Positions 31,751 to 46,917 of a stretch of 64,000 nt of DNA are shown in pieces. The stretch is from the NCBI RefSeq assembly GCF_009914755.1, contig NC_060935.1, one strand, 5' to 3'. This DNA comes from the human T2T-CHM13v2.0 reference genome, Homo sapiens. Within the stretch, counting starts at the first letter, position 1; each line of letters begins with the position of its first letter. Made by a program: the position numbers and the translations under genes. The notes under the pieces were generated by a model. It was given only the letters and a program-made list of their open reading frames with translations. It was not told where the DNA came from and searched no databases.

Positions 31751-31942
31751 GTTTTTGTAGAATACATTCAGCCCAAGGACCCTACCAATGGGCAAATGTA
31801 CCAGAAGACCTTGCTGGGAGTAATTCTGAGTATCTCCTGCTTATTAAAGACTCCGGGTGTTGTAGAAAATCATGGCTACTTTTTGAATCCATCTCGTTCC
31901 AGCCCCCAGGAGATCAAAGTACAGGAGGCCAACATCCATCAG
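31751..31942 (+). CDS. UBE4A: UBE4A exon 8
   Basis: [23 protein letters not shown]...EANIHQ; 192 nt. Confidence 0.95.
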
Positions 31943-32082
31943 GTGGAACTGTTTACCAGGGTATCCCAGCCCCCTGATCTTAAAAGAGTTTTCTCAGAAA
32001 GCAGATACAGATAAGGCTGCTCAAGCCTCTCTGGGAAAGCAAATTGATCTAGTTGGCTTTTACATCACATAAATAAATTAAA

Positions 32083-32383
32083 ACTGGGCATGGTAGCTCA
32101 AGCCTGTAATCCCGGCACTTTGGGAGGCCAAGGTGGGAGGATCGCTTGAGCCCAGGAGTTCAATTTGAAACCAGCCTAGGCAACACAGTGAGACCCCCAT
32201 GTCTACAAAAAAAATACAAAACTTAGGTGGGCATGGTGGCAAGCATCTGTAGTCCCACCTACTCGGGAGGCTGAGGTGGGAGGATCACTTGAGCCTGGGA
32301 GGTCAAGACTTCAGTAAGCCATGATTGCATCATCACGCTCCGGCCTGGATGACAGAAGAAGACTCTGTCTCAAAAAAAAAAAA
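32083..32383 (+). mobile_element. Alu (AluJ-like)
   Basis: Full dimer. Confidence 0.9.
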
Positions 32384-32712
32384 ATCCCCTCTTTGTAGCA
32401 TATGCTAAGAACAGCACGTGTGGGGTAAGAATGAGCTGCTGCTACTCATTACCCTTTGCTGTAGCACTGCTACAGCTACTTCTCCCCAACCCTCATTTTT
32501 CTCACTGAGCTATAACTTTAGCTCTGAAAATCTTTTGACTGAACTCTAGCTTATAAACCCAGTTTTTCTTCCTTTTCGTGTCTCCACCTATGCCCTCTCT
32601 TTGGGCTTCTTCACATAAATTATAGTAGAGGTCTGGCCAACATGAGGCATTGAATGATTGAATTGGGGATAGTTTAAGTCCCCTAATCATTAATCATTAC
32701 AACTCTCTAAGG

Positions 32713-32932
32713 CAAGGCATGGCAAACTAGCAGTGGCCAAATCTGGCCTGCCACCTGTTTTTGTAAATAAAGGTTTATTGAACATAGCCATGCGCATTAG
32801 TATATGTATTGTTTCTGGTTTGAATTCATACTACAGTGATAGAGTTGAATAATTGCTACAGACACTGTATGGCAAGTAATGCCAGAAATCCTTATTGTCT
32901 AGCCCTTTGCAGAAAAAATTTACAGACCTGTG
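32713..32932 (+). mobile_element. MER58A DNA-transposon fossil
   Basis: ggcaaacta...ggccaaatctggcc...gtttttgtaaataaa...ccctttgcagaaaaa. Confidence 0.78.
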
Positions 32933-33154
32933 CTCTAATACCGTGTAATGCCATCTGCAGTTGGGCAGCTGATCAGAAAATCTCTTATAAGTGCCCAGAA
33001 ATATATTTTAAAATCAAATTAGGGGATGAGGCACAGAGAGTGAGGGGAAAGATTAGGATTAGCATATTTTTGGAAACTGCCAGTTGCTAAGGTTTGGGAA
33101 TAAAAACTATTAGGATTGTGAAACGTTCTGTGGTTGTGTTTTCTGGTTGAACAG

Positions 33155-33488
33155 TTCATGGCTCAGTTCCACGAAAAGATCTACCAGATGCTGAAGAACT
33201 TACTCCAGCTCTCTCCAGAAACCAAACACTGTATCTTGTCCTGGCTTGGAAACTGTTTGCATGCAAATGCAGGCCGCACCAAGATTTGGGCCAATCAGAT
33301 GCCAGAAATCTTTTTCCAAATGTATGCCTCAGATGCTTTCTTTCTGAATCTGGGTGCTGCTCTCCTGAAGCTATGCCAGCCATTTTGCAAACCCAGATCC
33401 TCTCGGCTCCTCACCTTTAATCCCACATACTGTGCCCTCAAGGAGTTGAATGATGAAGAACGAAAAATTAAAAATGTACACATGAGAG
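33155..33488 (+). CDS. UBE4A: UBE4A exon 9
   Basis: [17 protein letters not shown]...ASDAFFLNL...NVHMR; 334 nt. Confidence 0.95.
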
Positions 33489-33510
33489 GTAGGAGAGAAC
33501 CAGGCTTCTC

Positions 33511-33515
<5 letters not shown>

Positions 33516-33542
<27 letters not shown>
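33516..33542. repeat. (TG)n microsatellite 28 nt downstream of UBE4A exon 9
   Basis: Direct reading. Confidence 0.95.
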
Positions 33543-33544
<2 letters not shown>

Positions 33545-33625
33545 CGTGTAAAGCATTCACTCCCTTATCCTTGTTCACAGAGTTCCTTTCTCAAAAAAAG
33601 ATGAGGCAGAAACGAGCTATTTAGA

Positions 33626-33926
33626 TTTTTTTTTCTTTTTTTTTGAGATGGAGTCTTACTCTGTCACTCAGGCTGTAGTGCAGTGACGCTATCTTGGCTC
33701 ACCGCAATCTCTGCCTCCCGTGTTCCAGCGATTCTCCTGCCTCAGCCTCCCGAGTAGCTGGGACTACAGGCACGCGCCACCACGCCCAGCTAATTTTGTG
33801 TATTTTTAATAGAGACGGAGTTTCACCATGTTGGCCAGGATAGTCTCGATCTCTTGACCTCATGATCCATCCGCCTCAGCCTCTCAAAGTGCTGGGATTA
33901 CAGGCGTGAGCCACCACGCCCAGCCA
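33626..33926 (-). mobile_element. Alu
   Basis: Antisense dimer. Confidence 0.92.
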
Positions 33927-34840
33927 GAATTTTTAAAAGACAGATGTTTGAGAGAAAAAAAAAAACACCTGGTAGCTTTTAAATGTTGTACTTTAGTGAG
34001 ACCTTCTCTCTGGATTTGGCAGCCTTGCATATTCATTCATTCATAGTTTATAAAAATGAATAAAGCAGAGTCCTCATCCTTTTTGAACTCAGGCTCCAGA
34101 AGGCAGATATATTAACTGATAATTATAATATGGTATAGGGCTAAGCTATGGGAGCACAGAGGAGGGAGTAAATAATCAATTCTGCAGAAGTTGGAGGTCT
34201 TCATAGCTGAGTCTTGAGAGACAAGTTAGGTTTTACCAGGCAAAGAAGCAAGAGGGTCCCTTTATACAGAGAGAAAAGCAAGTGTAAAGGTACAAAGCTA
34301 TGGAAAATCTTGACTAAGGAATGGTGAGAGGCTCAATGTGGCTAGGGCAAGGGGTAGATGGGGTTGAGTTGGGGAGGAAATGGATCAAGGGAGGAAGATA
34401 GGTGGGGCTGGATTGGAGAAAACAGTACAGAGAAATGAAGAGAAAATAAATGACTCATAGTCCTACCATTCAAAGTGAAATCACTCTTAATTTTGGTATA
34501 TTTCATTCCAGTTTTATAATTCTAATTGTAAACATGATAACTGCTCAAAAGCAAATAATCAAATTCAGAAAAGCACAAAATAAATACAAATGATCTATTG
34601 CCTATCACTTGAAACAATCTATAGTAGTATTCCTTTTAATTTTTGGTGATTTCATGAAAAAGATTTAACTGTATTTCTGTAGACGGTGAGAAACCAAAAG
34701 ATATATTCAGACAAAGAACTAATATGACAAGATATGTTTTTAAGAAGATATCACTGCTAACAGTATGGAAATTGAATGAGTGTAAGAGGAGACTGGAGAC
34801 CAAGACATTTACCCTCTTTTTTTTTTTTAACTTCTTTGAG

Positions 34841-34961
34841 GTTTGGACAAAGAAACCTGTTTGATCCCAGCTGTGCAGGAGCCGAAGTTTCCACAGAACT
34901 ACAACCTTGTAACAGAGAACCTTGCTCTGACAGAGTACACCTTGTACTTGGGATTTCACAG
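34841..34961 (+). CDS. UBE4A: UBE4A exon 10
   Basis: (G)[25 protein letters not shown]...LGFH; uncommon GAG acceptor after a long T tract; 121 nt. Confidence 0.93.
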
Positions 34962-35034
34962 GTAACTCCTCTGATGTCATTAGGAAAAAACAGTTTAGTT
35001 GTGTTGATAACTAGAAGGTAGAAATTGAGTCTTT

Positions 35035-36545
<1,511 letters not shown>

Positions 36546-37713
36546 GACCAAGTTCTACTCTACAGATAGAGACAAAAGTGGCAAATATTAAGGAAATGTT
36601 TATAAGGGAGCTAATGAGATCAATAGGACCACAAAAGACATTAGATAAAGAAGATTCTAGAAATGTTAAGATTTTAGAACTAGAATGTATGACTTCCAAA
36701 AACAGTTCTGGTTCTGGCTATTCATTATTCTGTAATTTGTTTTCCTCTGATTTAGCTGATTATGACAGGTATAAGTAGAGGGAGAAAACAGCAACTCAGT
36801 CATAGAAAGGGACACTAAGAATAGCAATTTTTAATGCCTTCTCAAGATACCTGAATTGATGCAGAGCATTTTTCAAAACTACTCAGTCAACACATTGCCG
36901 GAAGAAGGAAATTATGTCTTTAGAGAGAAATCTCCATCATAGACATTTTAAATAAGACAGTAGATAAAAGTTCAGCATGTGCTTAAGCTGCTCAGCTGCC
37001 TAGATTCAAACAAAAAATGAATATCATCTAGTTTCCCAATATTAGCTAGCTCAAGACATTATCTACAGGGCCAAAGGAAATGATTTTGGACTATTATCCA
37101 TAACTTTGAATTATGTGTCTTCCTTTCAGTAGAGAATATTAGGCTGACCTTTTCTGAAGAATAATTTAATTTAATATTGAACAACAGAGAGCTGGAAGCT
37201 GCTCTTAGATTGCATCTCAGGTGGCTACTAGTTTATATGTGGTCATTACTAATCTAGAGTCCCTTTTCACCAGCTTAGTTTTCTACTAACCAAAGAAAGA
37301 CTATCCATATAACCCCATCAAAGTATGATCATTGCATCAAAGTATGATCATTGCCCTTGTGTGATGTAAAACTATCCTGCTGGCCTTCTTGTACTTTGCC
37401 TAATAATTATTTTATGTAATAACAACCCATTCTACACCCTACTCAACCAAGCTGCCTTTCTTTGGATAGTGCATTTCAACTGAAGGCTGCTATTTGCAAT
37501 TAGCTTCAATTATGTTGAATACTTGGCAGCATTTTCCCATTGCTGTGCACCCTGCCTGTGTCCTGTCAAAAACTTTTGTGAGTGCCTTCTGTGTCATTGC
37601 AACTGCAACTCCCTACTATCCTTAAAGAGAAGGCTAGATAAATAATTGAGGATTTGTTTTTTTGTGACTTTCTGTTTTCCCTGACCCAGTCTCTTCTGCT
37701 TTCTTGGGGGCAG

Positions 37714-38018
37714 GTTGCATGATCAGATGGTAAAAATCAACCAAAATCTGCATCGGCTGCAGGTTGCCTGGCGGGATGCTCAGCAAAGTTCTAGCCCTGC
37801 TGCTGACAATCTTCGTGAGCAGTTTGAACGACTGATGACCATCTATCTTTCTACCAAGACTGCCATGACAGAGCCACAAATGCTACAAAACTGCCTAAAC
37901 TTGCAGGTGTCCATGGCTGTTCTACTGGTTCAACTGGCCATAGGCAATGAGGGCTCACAGCCAATAGAGCTAACCTTTCCTTTGCCAGATGGCTACAGCT
38001 CTTTGGCTTATGTGCCAG
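37714..38018 (+). CDS. UBE4A: UBE4A exon 11
   Basis: [16 protein letters not shown]...SLAYVP; 305 nt. Confidence 0.95.
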
Positions 38019-38384
38019 GTAAGCAGGCTCTCCCTTGGGAATGTCCTGTTTATAGCCTTCTGAGTTTAAGTGGGTCACTTTGGAAGTTTAATCCTCAAAA
38101 TACCCTTTCTTCGTTATCATTCAGTTGTTTTTGGAGAAACAACTCAAACTTAGATAATATCTACTGGTCAAAGTATTAGGGGACTAACAGTTTGTTCCCT
38201 CAACCTTGTGTCCCCCTGCTATGCATATCAGAAAATCATCTTCAAAGGATTAAGTGTAATCAGAGTTTTCAGAGCTGTTAGTTTCTATCATTAATATTTG
38301 TTCAACTTACACATTCATCTAACTTTCCCTGTCCTTTTTGTAGAAAAAAAATTAGCTCCTGCTGGTTAACTCAGAAGGGAAAGA

Positions 38385-38393
38385 GTGTGTGTG

Positions 38394-38432
<39 letters not shown>
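38385..38432. repeat. (GT)n microsatellite with one GC interruption
   Basis: Direct reading. Confidence 0.95.
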
Positions 38433-38433
<1 letters not shown>

Positions 38434-38496
38434 AGTGAGTCATTGAGGGGTGGGCAGGTGTTGTCAATCTAATCAGGTTATGTGTTCTTAACCATT

Positions 38497-39311
38497 GTAT
38501 TGGCCATATCATGCTGAGTAACAGATTACCCCAAAACATAGCAGCTTAAAACTACAGACTGGGTATGATGGTGCACGCCTGTAATCCCAGCACTTTGGGA
38601 GGCCGAAACAGGATGATTACTTGAGCCCAGGAGTTCAAGATTGGCCTGGGCAACATAGAGAGACCCTATCTCTACAAAAAATAAAAAATTAGCCAGGCAT
38701 GGTGGTGCACACTTGTAGTTCCAGCTACTCAGGAGGCTGAAGTGAGAGAATCGCTTGAGCCCAGGAAGTTGAGGCCACAGTGAGCCATAATTGCACTACT
38801 GTACTCCAGCCTGGGTGACAGCAGGACCCTGTCTCAGAAAATAAATTAATTAATTAATAAAATAACAACAACAACTGCAAACAGCTCACTCACCTGCATT
38901 GTTCTGACTCAGAGTTCCTCAGGAAGTTATATAGCCAAGCTGTCAATCAGGGCCTTAGGAATCTGAGGACTCTGCTAGGGCTGGAGGATCCACTTACAAG
39001 CCCAGTCATGTGGTTGTTGACAGGCCTCAGTTGCTTGTGCTATTGGCCAGCAGCTTCTTTTCTAGGCCATGTATGTGTCTTCTAAATACTACTCATGATA
39101 TGGCAGCTGGCTTCCCCCAGAGCAAGTGACCAAAATGGAGACTGTAAGCTTTTATACCCTAATCTTGGAAATGACATACTATCACATCTGCTGTATGCCT
39201 CAGAGTTTATCTTCTACTCTGAAAGAGTGAATGTGGGAGGGGACTGCATAAGGTCATGAATACCAAAAGGCAATGATCATTGGAGGACCATCCTGGAGTC
39301 TGGCTACCACA
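38497..39311. mobile_element. MLT1-family MaLR LTR interrupted by an Alu (38557-38865, + strand)
   Basis: gtaacagattaccccaaaac..gcagcttaaaac [Alu] ...ggaggatccact...ggctaccaca. Confidence 0.65.
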
Positions 39312-39646
39312 GTCACCTAACATATTAATCTTTATTAGAGAGTCCTCACACATCTGAAGGGTTTAAACCACAGTTAACCTTGAGAGTAAAAATGTATATA
39401 TTAGTATACTGGTGTGTTAACATTTTGTGTCATTACTGTTCATATATTTACTTGAATAAAAATTTAAATTGACTTACATTTAAAGGAGATTTTACATTTA
39501 TTGACTTAACGACCATCTCTAGTACCAACAAAACATTTAGGGTTTTTTTTAACCTTCATTAAGTAGGGTGAAAGGAATTTAAATGTTGTTTATTAGTACA
39601 GATATACAGATGTTTGGCTAATTCCAGTGAATATTTTCTTTTTCAG

Positions 39647-39779
39647 AATTTTTTGCAGATAACCTGGGTGATTTTCTCATTTTTCTCCGCCGCTTTGCCG
39701 ATGACATTTTGGAGACATCAGCAGATTCCCTGGAGCATGTCCTTCACTTTATCACCATTTTCACTGGAAGCATAGAAAG
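39647..39779 (+). CDS. UBE4A: UBE4A exon 12
   Basis: (E)[16 protein letters not shown]...TGSIE; 133 nt. Confidence 0.95.
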
Positions 39780-40844
39780 GTGAAGTGCTGAAAGCTTGGT
39801 TCTGTCACTGTTTAGGCTGTAAAACATTCAGAAGACTTCTAAACCAAGAAATAAACAAGCCTGAATCATAAGGGGTTGCCTTCAGAAGTTATGGTAACAT
39901 TAAGGAATCACCTGACCATCCATATGGGTAGCCAGAAATCCCACTGTTGAGAGGTATAATAAACAAAGGACTTTGTCCACAGAGAATTTAATCCTGCATA
40001 TAAGTATCTTATGGGAAGTCCACTGCCAGTCCCTGGTTAAAGTAGTTAACCTAATGCCAGAAACTTAACAGTGGCAGCCAGGTGCTAATGATCTTCTAAT
40101 AATTATATGATAATAAAGCTTATTCTTGCTATTCTGAGTTGGATGAGCAGTAAACTTAAGTCAATGTTATTTCTCATTTCAAGTTTTCTCACTCATAGCT
40201 TCTAGTCCTCTTTTCCAAAGGAAGATACTGTGACTTGTAGAATTGCTTCCCTGATTTTTTTGATGCATAGGCTAAAGGAAGTGGAAACTCTGTGTACAAA
40301 AGTGAAGATTTGCTGCACAATGAAGAGAATGACCCACAATTCCCTGAGCCGTATCAGTGATAAGTAGAGAGAAGCCATTTCTTCACTGAGCTGAGCATAC
40401 CTAATGAGAAGTCATAAGTCAACAAGTATTATGCATACACTGTATGCGTCATGGGTAATGTAGCATAATTATATTCTAGTCTTTACCCTCAGAAAGCTTG
40501 AAAAGGCAAGTTTATTCCACATGAAACTGTCAGAGAATAGGAAGCAGTAAATAATGCATTATTACAGAGAAGTAAACAATGGCTAAGCATTCAATAGAAA
40601 CTTAAGTGCTCACCGTCATATTTGGTAAGCTGTCAACTCAAGAGTTAAATGATGTACCCTGCATCACCACCCCACCCCCCGCCCAGCCGCACCAAGAAAC
40701 TGACAAACTTAAAACTGCAGAAGTGGATCCTTTTTTTTCCTGTAATATGGTTTAGGGTGGATTTTGATTCTTATGTGGAGAGAACAGAGTCATAAATTTG
40801 GAGTTAAGCTTATCTGCTCATCTTGCTTTTTGCCCATTTTGCAG

Positions 40845-41032
40845 AATGAAGAATCCCCACCTGAGGGCCAAACTAGCAGAGGTGTTGGAAGCAGTGATGC
40901 CCCACCTGGATCAGACCCCAAATCCCTTGGTATCCAGTGTGTTCCACCGGAAACGTGTGTTCTGCAACTTTCAGTATGCACCCCAACTTGCAGAGGCTCT
41001 AATCAAGGTTTTTGTGGACATCGAATTTACAG
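40845..41032 (+). CDS. UBE4A: UBE4A exon 13
   Basis: [14 protein letters not shown]...FVDIEFT (Ufd2 core motif); 188 nt. Confidence 0.96.
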
Positions 41033-41566
41033 GTAAAGCAGTCATGAAGCTGAGCCCAGAACTGGGAAGCTGATACCAGTGGAGTTTCATAGTTTGATCC
41101 GTATTTGGATATCAAAGAAATGTCAAGCCATTACTTATTGAATACCTACTATATGCCAGGCTTGATGATAAGTGCTTTTTTTTTTTTTTTAACATTATCC
41201 CATTGTCACCATTGGAAAAGTTTCACTCTATTATCCCTGTTTTATTTATTTTTTATTTTTTAATTATTCTTGTTTTACATATGAAGACATGACTGCCCAA
41301 AAGATCAGTTTGTCCATGTCATAACAAACTACCAAGTGGTAGAATCAGGTCTGTGTCACCTAAAGAAATCTACATATTCAACACCCTTATTATGTTGCAT
41401 CATCAAATCAGACTCAAATTAGACTATTTGGGTCTTTATATTTCTCTGCCTTAAAATTACAGAATAGTGCATAAAGAGGCAGTGTATTGGTTGAGAGATT
41501 CTTTTATCTTAACCAGACTATCTAACTCTCCAACAGTCTAATGGTTCGATTAAAAATACCAGCAGG

Positions 41567-41868
41567 CGGACAGGCACAGTGGCTCATGCTTGTAATCCCA
41601 GCGTTTTGGGAGGCCAAAGTAGGCAGATCACTTGAGCTCCTGAGTTTGAGACCAGCCTGGCCAACATGGTGAAACCCATTCTCTACAAAAATACAAAAAT
41701 TACCCAGGCATGGTGGCAGGTGCCTGTAATCCCAGCTACTTAGGAGGCAGAGGCACGAGAATTGCTTGAATTCGGGAGGCAGAGGTGGCAGTGAGCTGAG
41801 ATCGCACCACTCCAGCCTGGATGACAGAGCAAGAAATCCCTCTCAAAAAAAAAAAAAAAAAAAAAAAA
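41567..41868 (+). mobile_element. Alu
   Basis: TSD ACCAGCAGGC. Confidence 0.92.
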
Positions 41869-42890
41869 CCAGCAGGCAACATTCCCTCTCTATCTAACCC
41901 TGAGCCCCTGTGTTTGTTTAAACAGTACCCTGTCTCAATCAGTAAATAAGATATGTTAAGAAGTTGTTGAAGACCATTTTTTAAAGGGATATCTACCATC
42001 CAATGATAAATACAACTAACATTTAAAGAGGCATTTAACATTTTACTGGCCGCCTTTCCATATTTGGATTCTGGTTTTTTTTAATTCGCTCACCTATCAA
42101 CCTTAGTTTCCTCATCTATAAAATGGGTCAAAGTGATGATTAAGTGAAATAATGCATGTAAATCTTTATAATACATAAGAAATTGTATAATAAATCATTG
42201 CAGTTATCTCGTTATGTGACCATACAACCAAAGTGTTGTAATGGAGTACAGTTTCTGTTTTATTTCTGAGGAAGTGGAAGCTGAAGAAGATTAAGAGACT
42301 TAGATTAAGCAGAGCCAGAATGAAAACGTAGGTCTTTTGACTCCAAATCCTACACTCTTCCTTTATTATGACCCAGCCTGTGGAGCTCTAGTAATACCTT
42401 TGGTATTTCAAAAGCAGTATAAGCCTCAGATTTTTAGCTCCTGACCTGATTTTTCAGAGTAATCAAGAACCTGTTGGCTACACAGTTTGGGATATTGTCT
42501 GTGAAGAATGTGGGAATTGCTTAGTGTCCCGTCCTGCACATGGCTTTCACTGCCATAATGGCCAGCCCTGAGCCCTCATTTAAAGCCTGAGAAGTACTCA
42601 TGTTTGGATATGGAAACATTTGTTTCCCTTAACTTTTATTTTACAGCTTGGTACTTGTCTCTTGCAGAGTAAGGTATCCTTTATCTCTGTCTCCCCCTTA
42701 CTTCATCAGTAAGGAAATGAGCAAACACTTGGCGATAACTCTAGGCCTTTAGAAACTCCAGGGCAGATTTTGTTAGTAGCCTTAACACACTCAAAAGCAA
42801 ATGACTACAAAGCAAATGACTACACATAAGCATAAACTCTTCCTCTTATGGCACCGCCTTTGCTGATATTTCGCTCTTGCCTTACTCCAG

Positions 42891-42991
42891 GAGACCCCCA
42901 TCAATTTGAACAGAAGTTTAATTACCGCCGTCCCATGTATCCTATCCTAAGATACATGTGGGGGACAGATACCTATCGGGAGAGCATTAAG
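42891..42991 (+). CDS. UBE4A: UBE4A exon 14
   Basis: (G)[23 protein letters not shown]...SIK; 101 nt. Confidence 0.96.
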
Positions 42992-43087
42992 GTGAGAGAG
43001 TTTTTGATGAAACCTGTTGCTTTATATAAGCCCTAATGAGTTGTAATTCAGTACTAAAATGGTTTTCTTGTGGGCTGGGACTTACAG

Positions 43088-43201
43088 GATTTGGCTGACT
43101 ATGCCTCTAAGAATTTAGAAGCCATGAATCCCCCACTTTTCCTCCGCTTTCTTAACCTGCTAATGAATGATGCCATCTTCCTTTTGGATGAAGCCATACA
43201 G
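43088..43201 (+). CDS. UBE4A: UBE4A exon 15
   Basis: DLADYASKN...[18 protein letters not shown]; 114 nt after a 96-nt intron. Confidence 0.96.
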
Positions 43202-44692
43202 GTAAAAAAAAAAAAAAAAAAAAGATTTAACTTCTCCATACCATCAAATCATCAGCAGTACATACATTTTACCTTTTAATCATAATAGAGCAGTCCTTAT
43301 GCCCCTAGTACCAGACTTGAACACCAAAAATTTGTGATTAGTAGTGTACCACCAAGCTTGTCATTATAGAGCTTTCTAGTTCATTCCATTAGAGACCAAG
43401 ATCAAGGGTCATTGAAGCATCATGAGATGGACATTTTGGCAGAGTCAAAAATACCATATGGTGAAGCCAAACTAAGTTGTACTGGCAGGAGTAATTCATC
43501 AGGCCAGCACTACAGAAAGAAATCAGAGGAGCTTGCTTTTGGTCAGTGACTTTCAACCCTTTTAATCCCAACATGTCAGTAAAATATCTCACTAAGACAG
43601 TGATTTTTAACCCACTTTCCTAAAAGATTCTGATTTTTGCACCACTACTTGAAAGAAAATCTCTGATTTGGGTTATTTTTTCATATAAAGGCTCCAAGTT
43701 GTCAATACTTCTCATATTTCCACTGCCTTCTAAATTCTTAGCTATATGGTGAAACAAAGGTTTCACAAAGTATAAAATGCAGCTGGGTGCCTCTCAGCTC
43801 CTTCAGTGTATTATTTCCTTAACCTTCCCTGGTGGAACTGCTTACTTCTCCCATAAAAACTTGGCTGTCTGTAGAGCAAAACTTCCCTTACCTGTGATGG
43901 GTATAGGATGGACAAGGCACTGACCTAAAGGGAGATGAAGCAGGTAAATCCTGAGGGTAGCCTTTAGACAGTCATGAGCTCCTCCTTATGATCAGCAATC
44001 CCCTGAGTAGCTTGTGTTTAATTTGTGAGAAAGGTTTGATCTGATTTCTTCATAATCCTACGCTTTAGGATTTAAGATAGGTTTTCTTCAAAAGCGAGAA
44101 TAGGTCCTGTTACAAACAGGCCCTTTTAAGCAAGAGGTGTGTGACACAAAGCATGAAGCAGATGGTATTTTCATGAGACTGTAAGTTTAACAAGTTGTTT
44201 GCTACAACAGGAAGGATGACGTGAGGTAGAGAGTTTTAAATAATTATGGTTCTTCCACGCATCTTGCATATGTGATAGAGCTTTGATTTTTTTGTAAGCA
44301 ATTTGGCAGGGGGGATTTGTTTTCATCTTTCAGGAAGGATTCATTGTTTTTTCACTATAGTGTGGGGTTTTTTAGTTTTTTGTTTCTTGGCCTGGGTTTC
44401 ATATATTAAACTATTCATCCTTCTTTGCATTTCACAATGCTATACTATTTCTAGGGGAATTACCTGTGAATCTACCCAAGCTGAAACAAATCTGTATGAA
44501 GCCACAATTTCTTTTTTTCCTGAAAGTTCTTTTGAGCTTCAGCCTTATGCTGAGAAATAAAGGCTCATGTCTTTTACATGGTCCCTCGTTTTCCCAGCTT
44601 AGTTGACTGGATTTTGAATAGGACCTCTTAAATGTCACGTCCCTTCAACTGCACCTTTCTTCTCTGATATATCCCATCTCTGGTTTCTGCAG

Positions 44693-44867
44693 TATTTGAG
44701 CAAGATAAAGATTCAGCAAATTGAGAAGGATCGAGGTGAATGGGATAGTCTGACTCCAGAAGCCCGCCGAGAAAAGGAGGCTGGCCTACAGATGTTTGGA
44801 CAGCTGGCACGTTTCCATAACATCATGTCCAATGAAACAATCGGTACCCTTGCCTTTCTCACATCAG
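44693..44867 (+). CDS. UBE4A: UBE4A exon 16
   Basis: [17 protein letters not shown]...LAFLTS; 175 nt. Confidence 0.95.
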
Positions 44868-45429
44868 GTAAGGACATGAAGTACTGCTTCCCCCCAAAAA
44901 AGTAATGGCCAAGATCAGCTTCACTTGGGGGATCAGCCCAGCTGAAACTAAGAATTCAGACCCTGGTGACAGTATCCTCCACATCTGGAAGGGAAACGAA
45001 TCACTTGAGAAGCTTCAAAAAGAATGATGATGCCCATTGTTGACATGGAAGTGAGGAAATGGTCACCCTCACACAGCTGCCAGAGAGCATAAGGTGGTAA
45101 AATCTTTCTTGAGGACAAGTTAGCCATATAAATATATGTGTGTCTGTACACACACATATATACATATATGTTTGTTAATCTGAGAAATACGCTTGAATCC
45201 TGGTTAAATATGGTGGATCTAACAGAAATTTATCTCTACTCCTTCTATAGCTCCACTGTCCAATTCAGTAGCCACTTGCAACGTGTGGCTTTCAAGGATT
45301 TAAAATGTAGCTGGTCTGAATTGAGATGTGCTATAAGTACAAGACTTAGTGTTAAAATGTGAAATCTGTCCATTTTTATACTGATTACATACTGAAATTA
45401 TCATTTTTAATGTCTCAGCTAAATGTGAT

Positions 45430-46500
45430 ATGACAATCAGTAATCACCAGACATTTGAGGAAATCCTCTAATGTGAAAAACAAATAGGTGAAAACTTTGT
45501 AAAAACTTTTTAAAAAAACTTTTTAATCTCAGAGGGATAAGAGAAGATACAGCAGCCACAAAACAAGAACAAAGAGGCAATGAAAGAGATTATTTAAAGA
45601 ATAAGAAAGAGCCCTTGGATATTGAAATTTTTACCTCGGAAATGTTAAATATTCAGTAAAGGAGTTAGAAGATATAAATTCAAGGAACTCTTCTATGAAC
45701 GTAGAACAGAAGGAAAAAGATGGAAATTAGAAGAGAAAGGATAAGAAAACAAAAGGATGGATCTAGGAAGTCTCAAAAGCGAAAAATGGAGGGGAGGAAG
45801 TTATCAAAGATACCAAAAAATCCCCAAGACTCAAAGACAGCCTCTAAATTGAAAGGGCTTGCCAAGGCCCCTGCACAGAGAATTTTTTAAAACCCACAGT
45901 GAGGTATGACATTGTGAAATTTTAGGAAATCATGGTAAAAACAAGACCCTAAAATAGCCCAGAGAAGTCAGGTAATGTTACCATAGTTTAAGTATCAAAA
46001 TGGCTTTGCACTTCCAACAGTGTCATTTGAAGCTGAGACACATTTCTGAGGGAAAGTAAACCTAGGAGGAGGAAGGTGGAATTCAACACAAGGGAGACGC
46101 AAAGGAGATTCCCAGGATGACGGTGAAAGGAGCTTGTGTGGCCACTACATAGCAGGCCTGTAGAGCAAGCAGTCCAGGTTGGAGCAAAGGATGGAAACAT
46201 CCAGAAAGAATGTTTCCAAAAATTAATCAGCAGCTGGAAATGACCATGTTGAGAGTTTTAAATTCCAATGGAGAGTTTGGAAAGGATTTAGTGATAAGAG
46301 GCTCTGAAAATAAGCAAATAAGCAAAAAGTTATACTAAAAAGGAACTATATACTCATTAGGACAGCACATGGCTCTGCTGTGAATAATATTTACATAATC
46401 TTAATAACAAACTAAATTATTTAAGCAAAAATTTGACTATATATTGAGGGCATCTGTGATAATGACTAAAACTGAAAAATCAAGAACTATCAGTACCAAC
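45430..46500 (+). mobile_element. Very old L1 fragments (A-rich, ORF1-like)
   Basis: aaattgaaagggctt, gacattgtgaaattt, tcaaaatggctttgcacttc resemble L1ME 5' sequence. Confidence 0.5.
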
Positions 46501-46622
46501 CAAACATAGCATTATGATACTGTCTGACTTGTTAAATTTGGCATGTATAAATTTTTTTTAATTTTTGGAATTCATGCCCTATAACATAGCAGTTCCTTAC
46601 AGATTTGTTAAGAAGAAGCGAT

Positions 46623-46917
46623 AGGCCAGGCACGGTGGCTCACGCCTGTAATCCCAGCACTTTGGGAGGTCGAGGCAAGCAGATCACAAGGTCAGGAGTT
46701 CAAGACCAGCCTGGCCAACATAGTGAAACCCCGTCTATACTAAAATTACAGAAATTAGCCAGGTGTGGTGGCATGTGCCTGTAGTCCCAGCTGCTTGAGA
46801 GACTGAGGTAGGAGAATCACTTGAACTTAGGAGGCGGAGGTTGCAGTGAGCAGAGATCACGCCACTGCGCTCCAGCCTAGGCAACAGAATGAGACTCTAT
46901 CTCAAAAAAAAAAAAAA
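46623..46917 (+). mobile_element. Alu
   Basis: TSD AAGAAGCGAT. Confidence 0.92.
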
